Shown: positions 42,121 through 53,959, numbered from the stretch's first letter. The stretch is 64,000 nt of DNA from an uncultured candidate division Zixibacteria bacterium (GCA_963817915.1 CAWFQL010000017.1:32001-96000); one strand, 5' to 3'. A program made the numbers and translations. Notes: a model not told the origin generated them from the letters alone.

Positions 42121-42528
42121 GGTGTCGAGTCGTCCGGCTCCGAAAAAACTTCGGTCGGGTGAGGCCACCCGACCTCACAAACGCAGACAATATTTGTGGC
42201 GTCGAGTCGCCTGGCCCTAAAAAAACTTCGGTCTGGCGAGTCCAAGCCTGTCTCAAACCTCTGTTTTTGCGTCATTGCGAGGAGTTCGGCTTTTGCAGAA
42301 CGACGAAGCAATCTGCGGGCGGCCTCCTTCAGATTGCTTCGTCCGCCTGCGGCGGACTCGCAATGACTTTTATGGCGGCGGAATTTGTCATGGTGACGGG
42401 TCGCTTGACCCGACACAAAAACCTCGGTCGGGTGCGGCCACCCGACCTCACAAACGCAGACAATATTTGTGGCGTCGAGTCGTCCGGCTCCGAAAAAACT
42501 TCGGTCGGGTGAGGCCACCCGACCTCAC
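42121..42528. repeat. BIME-like mosaic: ~77-bp tandem REP units interrupted by a GTCATTGCGAG doublet
   Basis: Identical 55-mers at 42124-42178 and 42474-42528; CGGTCGGGTG.GGCCACCCGACCTCAC three times; CGTCATTGCGAG...CTCGCAATGAC at 42270-42367. Confidence 0.9.
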
Positions 42529-42540
42529 GGAAGAGATCTT

Positions 42541-44689
42541 TTATGGCAGCCTGAATCTCTTTCTAATGGCCCATTCGGTACAAAGACCCAGAAGAAGGAC
42601 TATGAGGACAAACGGCATTCTAAAGAAATTAATCTGCGCCTGGCTTTCCTTGATATAGGGCGAAAGCTTTAATTGATCGGGGAATCCCGAGAAATTGTCT
42701 TTATCAAAGGCCTTGCCGCCTGTAGCGTCGGAGATACGGCGAGTCAAATCATAATCGGGTGATTTCGAGGCCATCTCCAGGCTGAATTGTTCTATTGTGA
42801 AGCTGCCATTCTTCCTGCCAAGGGTGTCATTAAATGATGTCGCCATAGCGCTGAAATCATATTTCCCTGCCGGTAAAGATGAAATATCGGCCGTATATAT
42901 TCCAATGGAAGTAGGGGAAAGGGCCGCAGATTTTAGAGGAATCTTCTCGCCGCGCGGGAAAATCGACAAGGTAACGTAGGCTCCACCTTTCGGACGCCCC
43001 GCTTTGTCATAGAGATAAGCAGTAGTTCGGACAGGCTCGCCCAATCGATAGACTTTTTGATCTGTGAGCACCTTGAACTGCTCCATCTTATCGCTTGCTG
43101 AAAGCCACTTGCTAAGATTTCTCCAGAAATCGGGAATTGCTTTGGAAATCGCTTCATCTCTTACAGATCCGAAATAACTTCTCCATAACGGGAAATCCCA
43201 TGATGGCCACCGAACGGCCCCGTTCCAATGATCCGGCGATCATTACCGGAAGCCCATCGAATGCCCCGCGTGCCGAATGACTCTCAAGCAGCACTTCACC
43301 TGTCGGGTTGATTCCGGTGACGATTTCAGTTAGAGGCGGCAATGAACGCCATATCTGGACGCTGGCCTCGGGATCATCATTGAGCATTACTGCCGCGTGC
43401 TGCTTTTGGGTAGGCGACGGTTCTACAGAGAAATCATTGGATATGATATCGGGTTTTTGAAATTTAATGGGCAAAATATCAGCATACTGGCTGAGATATG
43501 TAGAGCAATCATTTCCCGCGATATAGACAAACGATCCGCCATTCTCGATATAATTTTTGAGGTCAGTAGCGTTTACCCTAAGCGATGCCGGAGAAGAATC
43601 GATAATAAAAACGATGTCATATTGTTTCAGTCCGTCAAGACCCCGAGGAGTTCCGGGATCGGAAAATCTGCCTGCGGCCGATTGATAAACAGCATCAACC
43701 TGAAATTCGTCGAATTTTCCCAGAGCCTGCTTGAGAAATTTGAATTCCCAGTTTAGTTTTGAAACTCCGACAAATATTTTTATTTTGCTTTTTAATATTC
43801 TCATCGCGAATAGCCGGTCATTGTCGATATTATTACTCTCATCCGGAAGAATCGGAGTTGAGACAGTATATTCATAATCGCCCTCAGCCGGGGCCTTAGC
43901 CTGAAATTCGACTGATACCTTCCTGCCCTGCTCGGGCATATCGAATGATTTCTCGGCGATAACATTCGAGCCTTGTTTGAGCAATATTTTCGAGCGGCCG
44001 GGTTTTATTCCAATGGCGCTTAGCTCAGCGGTAACCTCGAAATCCTGGCCGCTATAGGCTACGGCAGGATATATGATATTATCGATCGAAAGGTTTTTCT
44101 CCTCAGTCATATTGCCGACTGTCAAAGTATAGACAGGCATATTCAATCTTGATGCAATTCCAACGGGATCGTCCCCGAGATTTTGCCTGCCATCCGTGAC
44201 AAGCATTACCGCGCCATAATTATCGATATCATTTTTTTGCCCGAATTGTTGTAGGGCTTCGGATATGGAAGTAGCGTCCCCTGTTGAATCAACTTGAGAG
44301 GGGAGCGCGGATGATTTCTTTAGATTACTGGAAAATTGAAAAATTATATATTCGGATTTTATCTTGGTCAGAGCAGAATTCGCAAGACTATCGGCGAGGC
44401 TAATTCGTTTGACCCCATCTTCGGAGACTCCCATGCTTTTGGAAGTATCAAAAATAACGGCCAGCTGCGGTTTTACGATTTTGGATGAGTATAGATTTAT
44501 CAGCGGCTCTATAAGGAGAATTCCCAAGAGCAAAACCATTAACGCCCTGAGCGACGCCAGGACTATTCTCCAACCCTTTTCAAGAGGCGGATAAGTCTTG
44601 ATATAAGATAATATCCCGACTGCGATGCCTATAATGCCGATTAAAGCGTATAAATACCAATATTGGGATAGTATCTGGATATTCATCAA
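42541..44689 (-). CDS. Membrane-anchored vWA / glutamine-amidotransferase-like domain protein, frameshifted near 43090-43200
   Basis: Two N-terminal TMs, DTSKSM and LVTDG (MIDAS-like), Ig-like segment, WEFKFL; the C-terminal ORF ends in the typical EWAIRKR. Confidence 0.75.
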
Positions 44690-44709
44690 TTAATATAATT
44701 ATTTAGGTT

Positions 44710-44748
44710 AAAATAAAGCGCCACTTTGATTAAGACCATCAGTGGCGC
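44710..44748 (-). terminator. Candidate terminator after the polyprenyl synthase gene
   Basis: GCGCCACT..AGTGGCGC stem followed by TTTATTTT on the minus strand. Confidence 0.55.
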
Positions 44749-44773
44749 GTGATTCGATATATCTATCATTATT

Positions 44774-45733
44774 TTATCTATCTCTAACTGCGGCCAACGT
44801 GGCCAATTCCTCTAATGATCTTTTCATCGGCAAGTCATCAATCGATCTCACGATGTTGATCGCTTTTTCAACGAAACCGCGCGCCTTTTGTTCCGCGTAA
44901 ACAATTCCGCCATTATCTCGAACAAATTGTACTACTTCGGATATATCGTTATTCGTAGAATCTCCAAGGATTCCCTTGAAATGACTCTTGGCGTGGCTGT
45001 TACCATTTCGCATGGCGTAAATCAATGGCAATGTAACCCAGCCTTCCCGAATATCCGATCCAAGGCTCTTGCCGGTTTTGCGGGTATCGCCGATCAGATC
45101 GAGAAGGTCATCGGTAATCTGGAATGCCATCCCGATATTTTCGCCGTATTCGCGAAGGCCGCTAAGTACTTTGCCATTCTGCCCGGAACAGATTGCACCC
45201 GCCTCGGCCGAGCACGAGAAAAGGGATGCGGTCTTATCGGCGATAATATTCAGGTAAGTTTCTTCGACGATATCAAAATTGCCGGTATAAAAAACCTGAT
45301 TTAGCTCTCCAATCGATACACGTTCGGTGGCTCTTGAAAATGACGCCAGCAATCCGGGCATATTGGCTTTCACAAGCAAACCGAATGACTTGGCAAATAG
45401 ATAATCGCCCATCAGGACCGCGACCAGATTATTCCATTTGTTGTTGGTAGTCTCACGTCCGCGGCGGACATTGGATTCATCGACTACGTCGTCATGCAAG
45501 AGTGTCGCGGTATGTATAAGCTCAATGGCCAGAGCCGAGTTTAGCGATGATTCGTTGAGCTGGCCGGATGTTAGAAATACCAGCGCCGGCCGGAGCCGTT
45601 TGCCCGACGCGCCATATAAATGATCCGTTATCTGACGGATAATCGTAGAATCGGTCTCAAGAGTCTTTTTCAGCTCTATTTCGAATTGCTCTAATTGATT
45701 GGATACTGAAGAAAGAGCTTTGGAAAAATCCAT
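44774..45733 (-). CDS. Long-chain polyprenyl diphosphate synthase (IspB/HepT-like)
   Basis: GKRLRP, LLHDDVVD..RRG, GDYL, KTASL, FQITDDLLD. Confidence 0.92.
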   Translation of the reverse strand: MDFSKALSSVSNQLEQFEIELKKTLETDSTIIRQITDHLYGASGKRLRPALVFLTSGQLNESSLNSALAIELIHTATLLHDDVVDESNVRRGRETTNNKWNNLVAVLMGDYLFAKSFGLLVKANMPGLLASFSRATERVSIGELNQVFYTGNFDIVEETYLNIIADKTASLFSCSAEAGAICSGQNGKVLSGLREYGENIGMAFQITDDLLDLIGDTRKTGKSLGSDIREGWVTLPLIYAMRNGNSHAKSHFKGILGDSTNNDISEVVQFVRDNGGIVYAEQKARGFVEKAINIVRSIDDLPMKRSLEELATLAAVRDR

Positions 45734-45854
45734 TTTAATTCCTTAAATCAAAATTAAGCCACAAATTAGCCCACCACTTGGCTCAAAATATCGGATGCGT
45801 TATTCGATGTCAACCTTAAAGAAAAATTGAGGCTTATCGGTGTAATATCATCAT

Positions 45855-46610
45855 TTAACCAACAAGTACAGCCCCGCCGTTGACATTGAGAATCTCACCG
45901 GTGATGAAGCTGGCCCATTCCGACGCCATAAATACTATCGGGCTTGCCAATTCTCTCGGCGTGGCGGCGCGTCCTAACGGGATAAGCGAAAGATACTTGG
46001 GGCCATCGGGACTAGTTAAAGCAGGGTGGCTCATATCGGTATCGACCCAGCCGGGAGCGACGCTATTAACCCTGATACCAAAAGGCGCCAATTCCGAAGA
46101 CAATGATTTGGTCAATGATATCAACGCGCCTTTGGATGCTGCGTAATGAGAATGCATCGCCTCACCTCTCTGTCCAGCGGTGGAAGTGATGAAGATGATA
46201 TTGCCTGATTTCTGTTTTTTCATGGATGGGACAACTGCGGATGTAGTATAGAAACAGCCCTTTATATTGATATCGATTGTGCGGTCAAGTATGTCATCGG
46301 TCATTTTCTCGATAGCGGATTCGGTCCAGATACCGGCATTATTGACGAGAATATCGATCTTGCCGAATTCATCCAATGCTTTTTTGACCATCGACTCGCA
46401 ATCCTGACGTTTCCCCATATCGGCCTGAATAATCAGGCATCGGCGGCCGAGTTTTTCAATCGATGATTTGACTTTCCGGGCGGCATCAGGATTTGTGTAA
46501 TAGTTGATGGCGATATCTGCTCCCAATTCGGCGAAAAGTATGGCTGCTTCGGCACCGATTCCCCTGGAACCGCCGGTGATTAGCACAACCTGATTTTTGA
46601 AATTTATCAT
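45855..46610 (-). CDS. Short-chain dehydrogenase/reductase (FabG-like)
   Basis: TGGSRGIG, LVNNAG, YAASK, VAPGWVDT. Confidence 0.9.
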   Translation of the reverse strand: MINFKNQVVLITGGSRGIGAEAAILFAELGADIAINYYTNPDAARKVKSSIEKLGRRCLIIQADMGKRQDCESMVKKALDEFGKIDILVNNAGIWTESAIEKMTDDILDRTIDINIKGCFYTTSAVVPSMKKQKSGNIIFITSTAGQRGEAMHSHYAASKGALISLTKSLSSELAPFGIRVNSVAPGWVDTDMSHPALTSPDGPKYLSLIPLGRAATPRELASPIVFMASEWASFITGEILNVNGGAVLVG

Positions 46611-46649
46611 TGAATTCCTTTCATTAATTTCACATTCGAGGTCAATTTA

Positions 46650-46934
46650 TCATGTTCGAGAGAGTCTCTCCACCGATTTTTTCACTTCCGCCGCTAACGG
46701 CTCGAATTCTTCTTTGGTGAAGCTTTGGATTTGATTTAATCGGCGCACCAGGTCTTTGTTGTTGAGAATCCAGCGGGCGACCTCGACTCCCTGCTCCCAA
46801 ACCATCATGTGGAGAAATTGATTCAGTAACGGCCCCATAGGTTTACCATCGAGGATTTCATTTACGGCAGAATCGGCTTTTTTAACTGTATTGAGGAATA
46901 GCTGCCAGGAATCTTTAGGTAATTGGTAATCCAT
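46650..46934 (-). CDS. Hypothetical protein
   Basis: 94-aa ORF with AAGGA RBS, codirectional with its neighbours. Confidence 0.6.
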   Translation of the reverse strand: MDYQLPKDSWQLFLNTVKKADSAVNEILDGKPMGPLLNQFLHMMVWEQGVEVARWILNNKDLVRRLNQIQSFTKEEFEPLAAEVKKSVERLSRT

Positions 46935-47135
46935 AACAATCCTTTCAAAACATATTTAAGCAACAATTACTAAAATTAACAGTAGCGTGTTATAGTTCCG
47001 GCAACGGAATATGATAATGATTATGCTAATAGATATAAACCGCGAGGCACAGATTTATATTCATGCCTGCGAATAGAATTTCTGATTTCTTTATCCTGTC
47101 GTTTCTCATTTTATTTCGTCTGCGACAGGATTTTT

Positions 47136-47780
47136 CGTCATTTGACCGCGCCACATTAAATCCGCCATCAGGCGGATCCAAAATGTGGCGCTGGATCCCA
47201 GGATCCAAATCGTCACATTGTCCGGCTGTCGCCGGACGAGAAAGCGGGGCCCCCGTCCTTCCACCTTTCGGGGGTTTTCAAAACAAATGCTGAGTGAACG
47301 TGTTTTTGAGATTTGAATTTAGGATGTCGGGTTTCTCATCCGTCATTTGCCGGATTGTAAACTCGCTTCGCTCGTTCGGAACGCCGACCTACTGCTCCCA
47401 TTGGCTGCTGCTCGCAAGATTCCGCGACAAGCGCGGAATGACAAAGCAGGGGACAGGAGGGATGCCTGACGCACGCTTGGAATATAAAGAAAAAAAGTGG
47501 CAGGTCACGCCCGTCTTCGACGGTCTACGACCTGCCATAACTCATATTATTGTAAGGGCGGGTTTGAAACCCGCCCCTACGGAGATATTTGTGGTTTTGA
47601 CAACTGGGATGGATTCCGCATGGAGCCCTATTAATTCCCGCGACCGACGGAAGCGGAATTTCAGGACTGGGGTTTGATGAATCAAACCCCTACAGCGCTA
47701 TCGGGTTTCTCATTCGCTTCGCTCGCTCGGAACGCAGAGCTACTGATCTCGCAAGATTCCGGCTCGGGGGCCGGAATGAC
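47136..47780. repeat. Large mosaic of nested palindromic repeats
   Basis: Nested hairpins at 47136-47211; two related composites at 47324-47442 and 47701-47780; TGGCAGGTC..GACCTGCCA (47498-47537); GTAG-type REPs at 47552-47580 and ~47669-47693. Confidence 0.88.
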
Positions 47781-47817
47781 ATGGAAGTGTTTGGTGGGAC
47801 GTCTACCGCCCATATAA

Positions 47818-49930
47818 TTATTTTAACAGGGTAAGCTGAATACTTTGCGATTGATCGCCTGATTCGAGCCGGGCGAAATAGATACCTGACGCGAATTCTG
47901 ACGCGTTCCAGATAACACTATGCTGACCGGCGTCCTGAATGCCATCGACAAGCAGCGCGACCCGCTGGCCCAGGATATCGTAAATCGAAATATTAATCGA
48001 GCCGCTTTGTGCCAATGAATAATCTATCGTTGTGGAGGCATTGAAGGGATTCGGATAGTTTTGGGATAATGTGAAATCCGAAGGAATTGGCCCGGGATCA
48101 TCGATGCCGATCAAAGTAAATCTTAAAATAGATAAGGCTGTGTTATCGGCGACAAACGAGCGATTGCCAACTAGGTATATTCCGGATGCTGCTCCGGGAG
48201 TCGCAAACGATCCGGCGGAAGTTGGAATCGATGGATTAATAATATTCACTATCCGAAGCCCGGAATTATTATCCGCTATATACGCAAATCCGCCAGAGAC
48301 ATTTATGCCGTAAGCGGCATCGGGGAGATCGAAAGTGCTTTGCAAAGACGGATTTGCGGGATTGCCGATATTACAATTTTGAGAGAGCTATTGTTGGTCA
48401 AATATGCAAAACTGCCCGAAACAGCAGATCGCAGCGAATTGTGCCTGTCAGGCCCAGACTCCCCGTGAGTGAAGGGCTGGCAGGGTTCGATATATTGACA
48501 ATCTGCAGGCCCGTATTTTCACAAGCCATGTAAGCGTAATTACCGGACACGAAAACACCCACCGCCGCTGATGAGGTCGAATATCCTCCCACAAATGACG
48601 GGCTGGCTGGATTGATTATGTTTATTATTTGAAGTCCCAATGATCGATCCGCGATATACGCATAGACTCCCGATATCTGAACATCGACAGAAGCGTTCAT
48701 GGCACGGCTGCCGACTAATGTGGGAATGGCCGGATTGGAAACATTAATAATAAGCAGGCCGGAATTATCGGCTGCCATGTAGGCGTAATTGCCGAAAGCC
48801 GCGACCTTTTTGGCTGAATTTGGTGTCCCGTAACGGCCAACAAAGAAAGGGCTGGCCTGATTGGCAACATCGAGAATCTGGAGCCCTACGGGGCCATCGG
48901 CCACATAGGCATAATTGCCCGAAACAAAAACACTCTTCGAATAACCCTGATTGGGAGTGAGATAGCTGCCCACAAAAGACGGGCTCGATGGACTCGAAAC
49001 ATTGATGATTTGTAATCCTGTGTATTGATCGGCGATATAGGCACTTGATGCCGAAACGAAGACACGATAAGCCAGGCCATTGGTGTCGAAGGTACCGGTT
49101 AATGAGGGACTAGACGGCGTTGATATATTTAGAACTTGCAGACCTGAAAGACCATCGGAAATATAAGCGTAATTGCCGGAGACAAATATGTCTGAGGCTT
49201 CGCCGGGCGTATCGCGGCTTCCCACGAATGCGGGATTGGCCGGGTCTGAAATATTTATGACTTGAAGGCCGGATGAACCGTCGGCAATATAGGCGTATGA
49301 GCCTACAACAAAGACCGCATAGGCATTTCCGGGAGTAGAACGGCTTCCTACAAATGCAGGGGCGCCTGGATTGGAAATATTAATGATTTGCAGGCCGGAG
49401 GAACCATCGGCGATATACGCGTAGCTGCCGGAGACATAGATGCCTGTCGCTTCGCCGGGCGTGTCGCGGCTGCCTGTGAATGATGGGTTAGAGGGATTGG
49501 AAATATTAATTATCTGCAGCCCCGATGCGCCATCGGCAACGTACGCGTAATTCCCCGAGATATAGACCTGGGATGCTTCACCGGGCGTATCGCGGTTTCC
49601 GACAAAAAATGGGTTGCCCGGATTCGCGATATTTACAACCTGCAATCCTGAGTAGCCATCGGCGATAAAGGCATAATTGCCAGATATATCCAATCCTCGT
49701 CCGACACCCTGGAGGGCGAATTCTCCGGCCAATGACGGGGCCGATGGATTGGAAATATTCAAATTCACCAGGCCGAAATCGTACAGGCAATAGGCGTAAT
49801 TGCCCGCGATTTTGGCGTCAACGGTCATTCTCCAATTATATGAGCCGACCTGGACGACATTCTGAGCCTGAAGTATTCCGGAGCTTAAAAGTATTAATAG
49901 GAATGCGACGCCCAATAATCTATTTTTCAT
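47818..49930 (-). CDS. Secreted LVIVD-repeat protein with FlgD/T9SS-like C-terminal domain, frameshifted near 48350-48420
   Basis: Many 42-aa GNYAYVADG.SGLQIINISNP repeats (126-bp period visible at 49197/49449/49575); distal ORF has QNYPNPFN..YDILGQ..ASGIYF. Confidence 0.85.
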
Positions 49931-50038
49931 TTTTCCTCCGGTATTTGAAAATCACTCGAAAATCAAGTTTCAAGACAATCATAGATAAGAACATCAAATT
50001 ACCCTTTTTAGTTTCAATTCATAGATAAAAGCACGGAA

Positions 50039-50414
50039 GGGTTCAAAATTTTGAACCCCCTACGGCGGCATTCGTTATAGTTGCAGGCGGGTTTGATAAA
50101 TCAAACCCCTACAATCGCATTTTTATTTTTGTAGAGACGCAAGATTTTGCGTCTCTACCGGTGATAATGAATTACATATCGGCAGGATTCCAGTAGCCCA
50201 AATCTCGAAGAGATTTGGGAACACGACCCCAAAACCACGGGGGATTTTGGGCTACGGCTCCGACCGCCCATAGTAGGATGCGGTCAGGGCAAGCCCTGAC
50301 TCGCAGGAAAACGCCCATAGTAGGATGCGGTCACAGTAAACTGTGACACGCAGGAATAATGCCAACCTTCGGATTGCTTCGTCGTCCGGCAGCTGCCGGA
50401 CTTCTCGCAATGAC
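50039..50414. repeat. Mosaic REP cluster
   Basis: GTAG/CTAC-tagged palindromes at 50039-50063, 50089-50112, 50131-50158, 50193-50255; 47-bp tandem carrying the RAYT-type REPs (50279-50305, 50326-50352); GATTGCTTCG..CTCGCAATGAC (50372-50414). Confidence 0.9.
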
Positions 50415-50487
50415 CGGAAATGGGGTTTTGAGACAGACTAAGGGATTCATTGACTGCGGCAATAAGCTATGTAAATTGTATAATCGT

Positions 50488-51989
50488 TTATTTGATATAG
50501 ACGAGCTTGATGGTCTTTTGGTTTTGGGACGCTCTTGCTCTGGCGAAATAAATGCCTGTAGAGACTCTATTTCCCATAGCATCCTGGGCGTCCCATTTTA
50601 TTTCTCCCTCCTTTGCCCCAATCAAATTAAATGTCCGTACTTGTCTGCCCATAAGATCATATATTCCTATTTCCAAATCACCTCCTTCCGGATTGCTAAA
50701 TGTTATCATTGTATTTGAATTAAATGGATTCGGATAAGCGGCCATACTTAAATCACTGGGGATATTAAGGTCGCCATAATCATTGATCCCAGTAATATGC
50801 TCGTTGCGAAGATAGTAGTCAGTTGCCGCTATCATGTAGCGTACTCTATCGACCAGGCAATGCAATACGAATCGCATCTCCCTCGTATGAATAATCTAAG
50901 GCTGGAGATCTTTCGATGATTTCCATTGAACCAGTAATTACTTCTGGAGTTGTCCATGATACTCCCCAATCCAATGATTTTGAATACATGATTTTAGGAT
51001 AACTGCAGCCAAATGGCTGACCATCGTTCCAAGGCTACGTAGAGGCATTCATCTAATAATATCCCGGATGTATGCCAGCCGGTTTGAGTATTTGTTAAAC
51101 GCGATTCCGGCAGCCAGCTATTGCCGTTGTCAGTGCTGATACGGGCAAGAATATCTCGCCATAATACCAAAGCAATTGCTTCCATATTTATGGTCAAACC
51201 AAGTGGTAATAATATGGCCATTTGAATCTGAGCGGATGCTTCCGGCAATTGTGAGGCGGCACCATCGTCGATGAAACGCTATTCTTGCCGTCCATCTTCT
51301 TCTCCAGTTAAGGCTTCTTCGATAATAGACTTCGATATTCGACGATCCATCTAACATACCCATTTCATAAATCACGTGAAGTTGGCCGGCCGAATAAAGA
51401 TATTGGGAGGAGTAAGGACATCCCAGGCAATTGGTTCCGCGACCGAGCTATCTCCCCAGGTCTCGCCGCCGTTAAAGCTTGTGAATACCAATATATACGC
51501 ATTGGTATTATTCGAAACCAAACAAGATAAAAACAAGGTATCTCCGTTAGCCGCCAACCTTGGATATTTAAGCAATGGGTTTAGGCGAGTATGAAACACC
51601 TGATGAGGCGCGCTCCAGCTTTGCCCGCCATCACTGCTGGAATTATGAAAGACCTGTACTGTGGCGTTTCTGAAGTAAGCAACCCAACTTATGTGGACTT
51701 TGCCCTTGGAGTAAATAATATCGGGCATTTGACTTCCGTAAAATGTATCGGGCGGGACAATCGGCTCCGACCAGGTATTACCATTATCATAAGAATGGAC
51801 ATAGCTAATAGCGGTGGGAATTGAACCGACGGCATGGATTGTATCTCCGACCGCTGCCACCCGCGTATCCATCCAGCCGATATAGTCGGTTACCTGCATC
51901 GGCTCTGTCCATTGGGCATAAGCCGTTGCAGTTGACAGGGTCACGAAAGCGAATATTGAAATCAAGGACTTGGGCACACAATTCCTCAT
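50488..51989 (-). pseudogene. Secreted BNR/Asp-box repeat protein with FlgD/T9SS-like C-terminal domain, multiple frameshifts (errors or decay)
   Basis: Signal peptide from ATG 51989; SYDNGNTW, SSDGGQSW, SFNGGETW and STDNGNSW boxes in successive frames; terminal AYPNPFN..WDAQD..STGIYF. Confidence 0.7.
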
Positions 51990-52061
51990 TGTTATTTGAC
52001 GAAACTTCTTGCTGTAGTATAACAGAATTTTGGGGAAATGGTATTGTTTATTTTGCGAGAA

Positions 52062-52476
52062 GTCGTCAGGAAGGGATTCCTTACGGGGCGGGGAAAGGAG
52101 GGCACAACATGTTGTGCCCCTACAGGAATAATCGTTCTTTTGCGGGCGGGTTTGATAAATCAAACCCCTACAATCGCATTTTTTATTTTTGTAAAGAGCA
52201 AGATTTCGTTCGGAGACGCAAGATTTTGCGTCTCTACCGGCAATAGCAGTAGGGCAGGAGTCGAAGACTCCTGCCGATCACGGCTTTATGGCAGGAGTGT
52301 ACCACTCCTGCCCTACTCCGACTACAGCGCGGAAAATGGCGGGCAAGATTCCGCATCAAGCCGATTTAGGCCCGCCGTGGTGGGTGCGGAATGACAGGTA
52401 TTACATTTCGGGCGGGTGTGGAGACTACCTTCAGATTGCTTCGGCGACCGACAGGAGCCGGACTTCTCGCAATGAC
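52062..52476. repeat. Mosaic REP cluster
   Basis: GGGCACAACATGTTGTGCCCCTAC (52100-52123); near-copy of 50081-50161 at 52140-52240; inverted GTAGGGCAGGAGT doublet (52249-52316); GATTCCGCATCAAG[24-nt insert]TGCGGAATGAC (52347-52395); CAGATTGCTTCG..CTCGCAATGAC (52432-52476). Confidence 0.9.
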
Positions 52477-52591
52477 ACGCCAAAAGGATTTTGCGGGAAT
52501 ATAGGTGTGTTTGACACCGGCCAAAGAATCATAATTTGATTGCGTCCCTTAATCTTATCTGGTAATTTTTGAATTGGATGGGAGGGCTGAT

Positions 52592-53053
52592 ATGAATTAC
52601 TTGAAGGAATTATTCGGGTACAACGCGAAATTCTCGAATGAGATCATAAAATCGTTGAGGACTGTCGACTCCAGGAAATTTATCGATCAGAAGGTGGGCG
52701 CCTGGGGGTCATTGAGAGATTTGACGGTTCATACGATAGAGGCCGAGGATTACTGGATTAATAAAATAATCCAGGGAAAGGATTTTTCAGGATACGAATT
52801 CGATGATTTCAATGATTACGATGATATCGAGGAGAAATGGAAAGAAGTCGAGGCTGATATATTGATTTATCTCGAAAATCTTACTCCCGCAGAACTGAAA
52901 AAGGAATTGAAGGTGAAATGGGATAAAGAATTTTTATATCCGGTCGAGAAAATTCTTCAACATATATATACCCACACGGTTCATCATAGAGGGCAAATCG
53001 TCAGCGGGATAAACATATTAGGCGGCAAGGCGCCAAGTGTGGATATAATATGA
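52592..53053 (+). CDS. DinB family protein
   Basis: YN, SLRDLTVH...EDYW, HIYTHTVHHRGQ; RBS GGAGG. Confidence 0.88.
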   Translation: MNYLKELFGYNAKFSNEIIKSLRTVDSRKFIDQKVGAWGSLRDLTVHTIEAEDYWINKIIQGKDFSGYEFDDFNDYDDIEEKWKEVEADILIYLENLTPAELKKELKVKWDKEFLYPVEKILQHIYTHTVHHRGQIVSGINILGGKAPSVDII

Positions 53054-53445
53054 CGGATTTCTTAATGACTGACGATGAAATTAAGACCCTTTTGACTGAT
53101 ATTCAGAAAGCTATCGATAATAGGGATATTGAAGCGGCACTTAGCTATTACCATACTGATATAGTCTATATCGGTGCGGCATCTCCAAAGCCGATTGAGG
53201 GGCAAGAAGCGTTGCGGACGGCCTTTGTGGAAAATTTTAAAGGACCCCAGAAGACAGCGATTAAATTCGGCAAGGTTGGAGTAACCAGAATTTCAGAGCA
53301 GGTTTTCGCGGTCTATTGTCAGGTCGATGGCAGGCAGACGATATATTTCAGCACAAGGGAATTTAAGGGATGGCTCAGCAGAATATTCGTAATGATTGAA
53401 AATCGCCCGATGATCATCCATGAGCATTTTACGATAATCACTTGA
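53050..53445 (+). CDS. NTF2/SnoaL-like protein
   Basis: AID.RD.EA..SYY..D, IEG.EAL, C-terminal IIHEH. Confidence 0.75.
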   Translation: MTDFLMTDDEIKTLLTDIQKAIDNRDIEAALSYYHTDIVYIGAASPKPIEGQEALRTAFVENFKGPQKTAIKFGKVGVTRISEQVFAVYCQVDGRQTIYFSTREFKGWLSRIFVMIENRPMIIHEHFTIIT

Positions 53446-53628
53446 TGAAATTCGCTCCTATGAAATTCATAAGCTATTAGATAGCATGGTTCTAAATCAT
53501 TTTATTAGACGCCTGATATCTTCAAATCCGGGAACCCTGGCGTCTGATTTAGGTTTACAATCAATGATGAATGGGTTATATTAAACGCTTTGTGAGAAGA
53601 GAGATTAAGGAAATTAAGGAGGAATGAA

Positions 53629-53949
53629 TTGTTTGAAGGGTTAATTTTAATGGGTGCACAGCCTGGTGGAAGCGCCGGTGGCGGAGCAGCCAGCGGAATT
53701 TCGATGATTATAATGTTCGCCCTGATTTTTGGAGTGATGTACTTTTTCATGATCAGACCACAGCAGAAAAAGGAAAAAGAACGTCAAAAGATGATTGCAG
53801 AGCTCAAAAAAGGGGACAAGGTTATCACGAACTCCGGGATGTATGGGACTATCTGGGGAATGAAAGATAACGTCATTATTTTGAAGGTCGACGAGGAAGT
53901 CAAAATCGAATTCCTCAAGAGCGCGATCGCAGGTAGAGTCACCGAATAA
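53629..53949 (+). CDS. yajC: Preprotein translocase subunit YajC
   Basis: YFFMIRPQQKK, LKKGDKVIT..G.YGTI. Confidence 0.92.
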   Translation: MFEGLILMGAQPGGSAGGGAASGISMIIMFALIFGVMYFFMIRPQQKKEKERQKMIAELKKGDKVITNSGMYGTIWGMKDNVIILKVDEEVKIEFLKSAIAGRVTE

Positions 53950-53959
53950 GTAAAAGGAG

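Noticed and set aside
42114..42672. ORFs 42114..42518, 42117..42512, 42275..42658 and similar ORFs at 1812, 24224, 24999, 35925, 39202, 47063, 47294, 50359, 52038 and 52288
   Set aside because: They are translations of GC-rich palindromic repeats, with no RBS or family motifs.
46940..47320. Structured ncRNA (tmRNA, RNase P, 6S, riboswitch)
   Set aside because: No diagnostic conserved motifs were recognised, and the hairpins match the dispersed repeat families. An Rfam scan would settle it.
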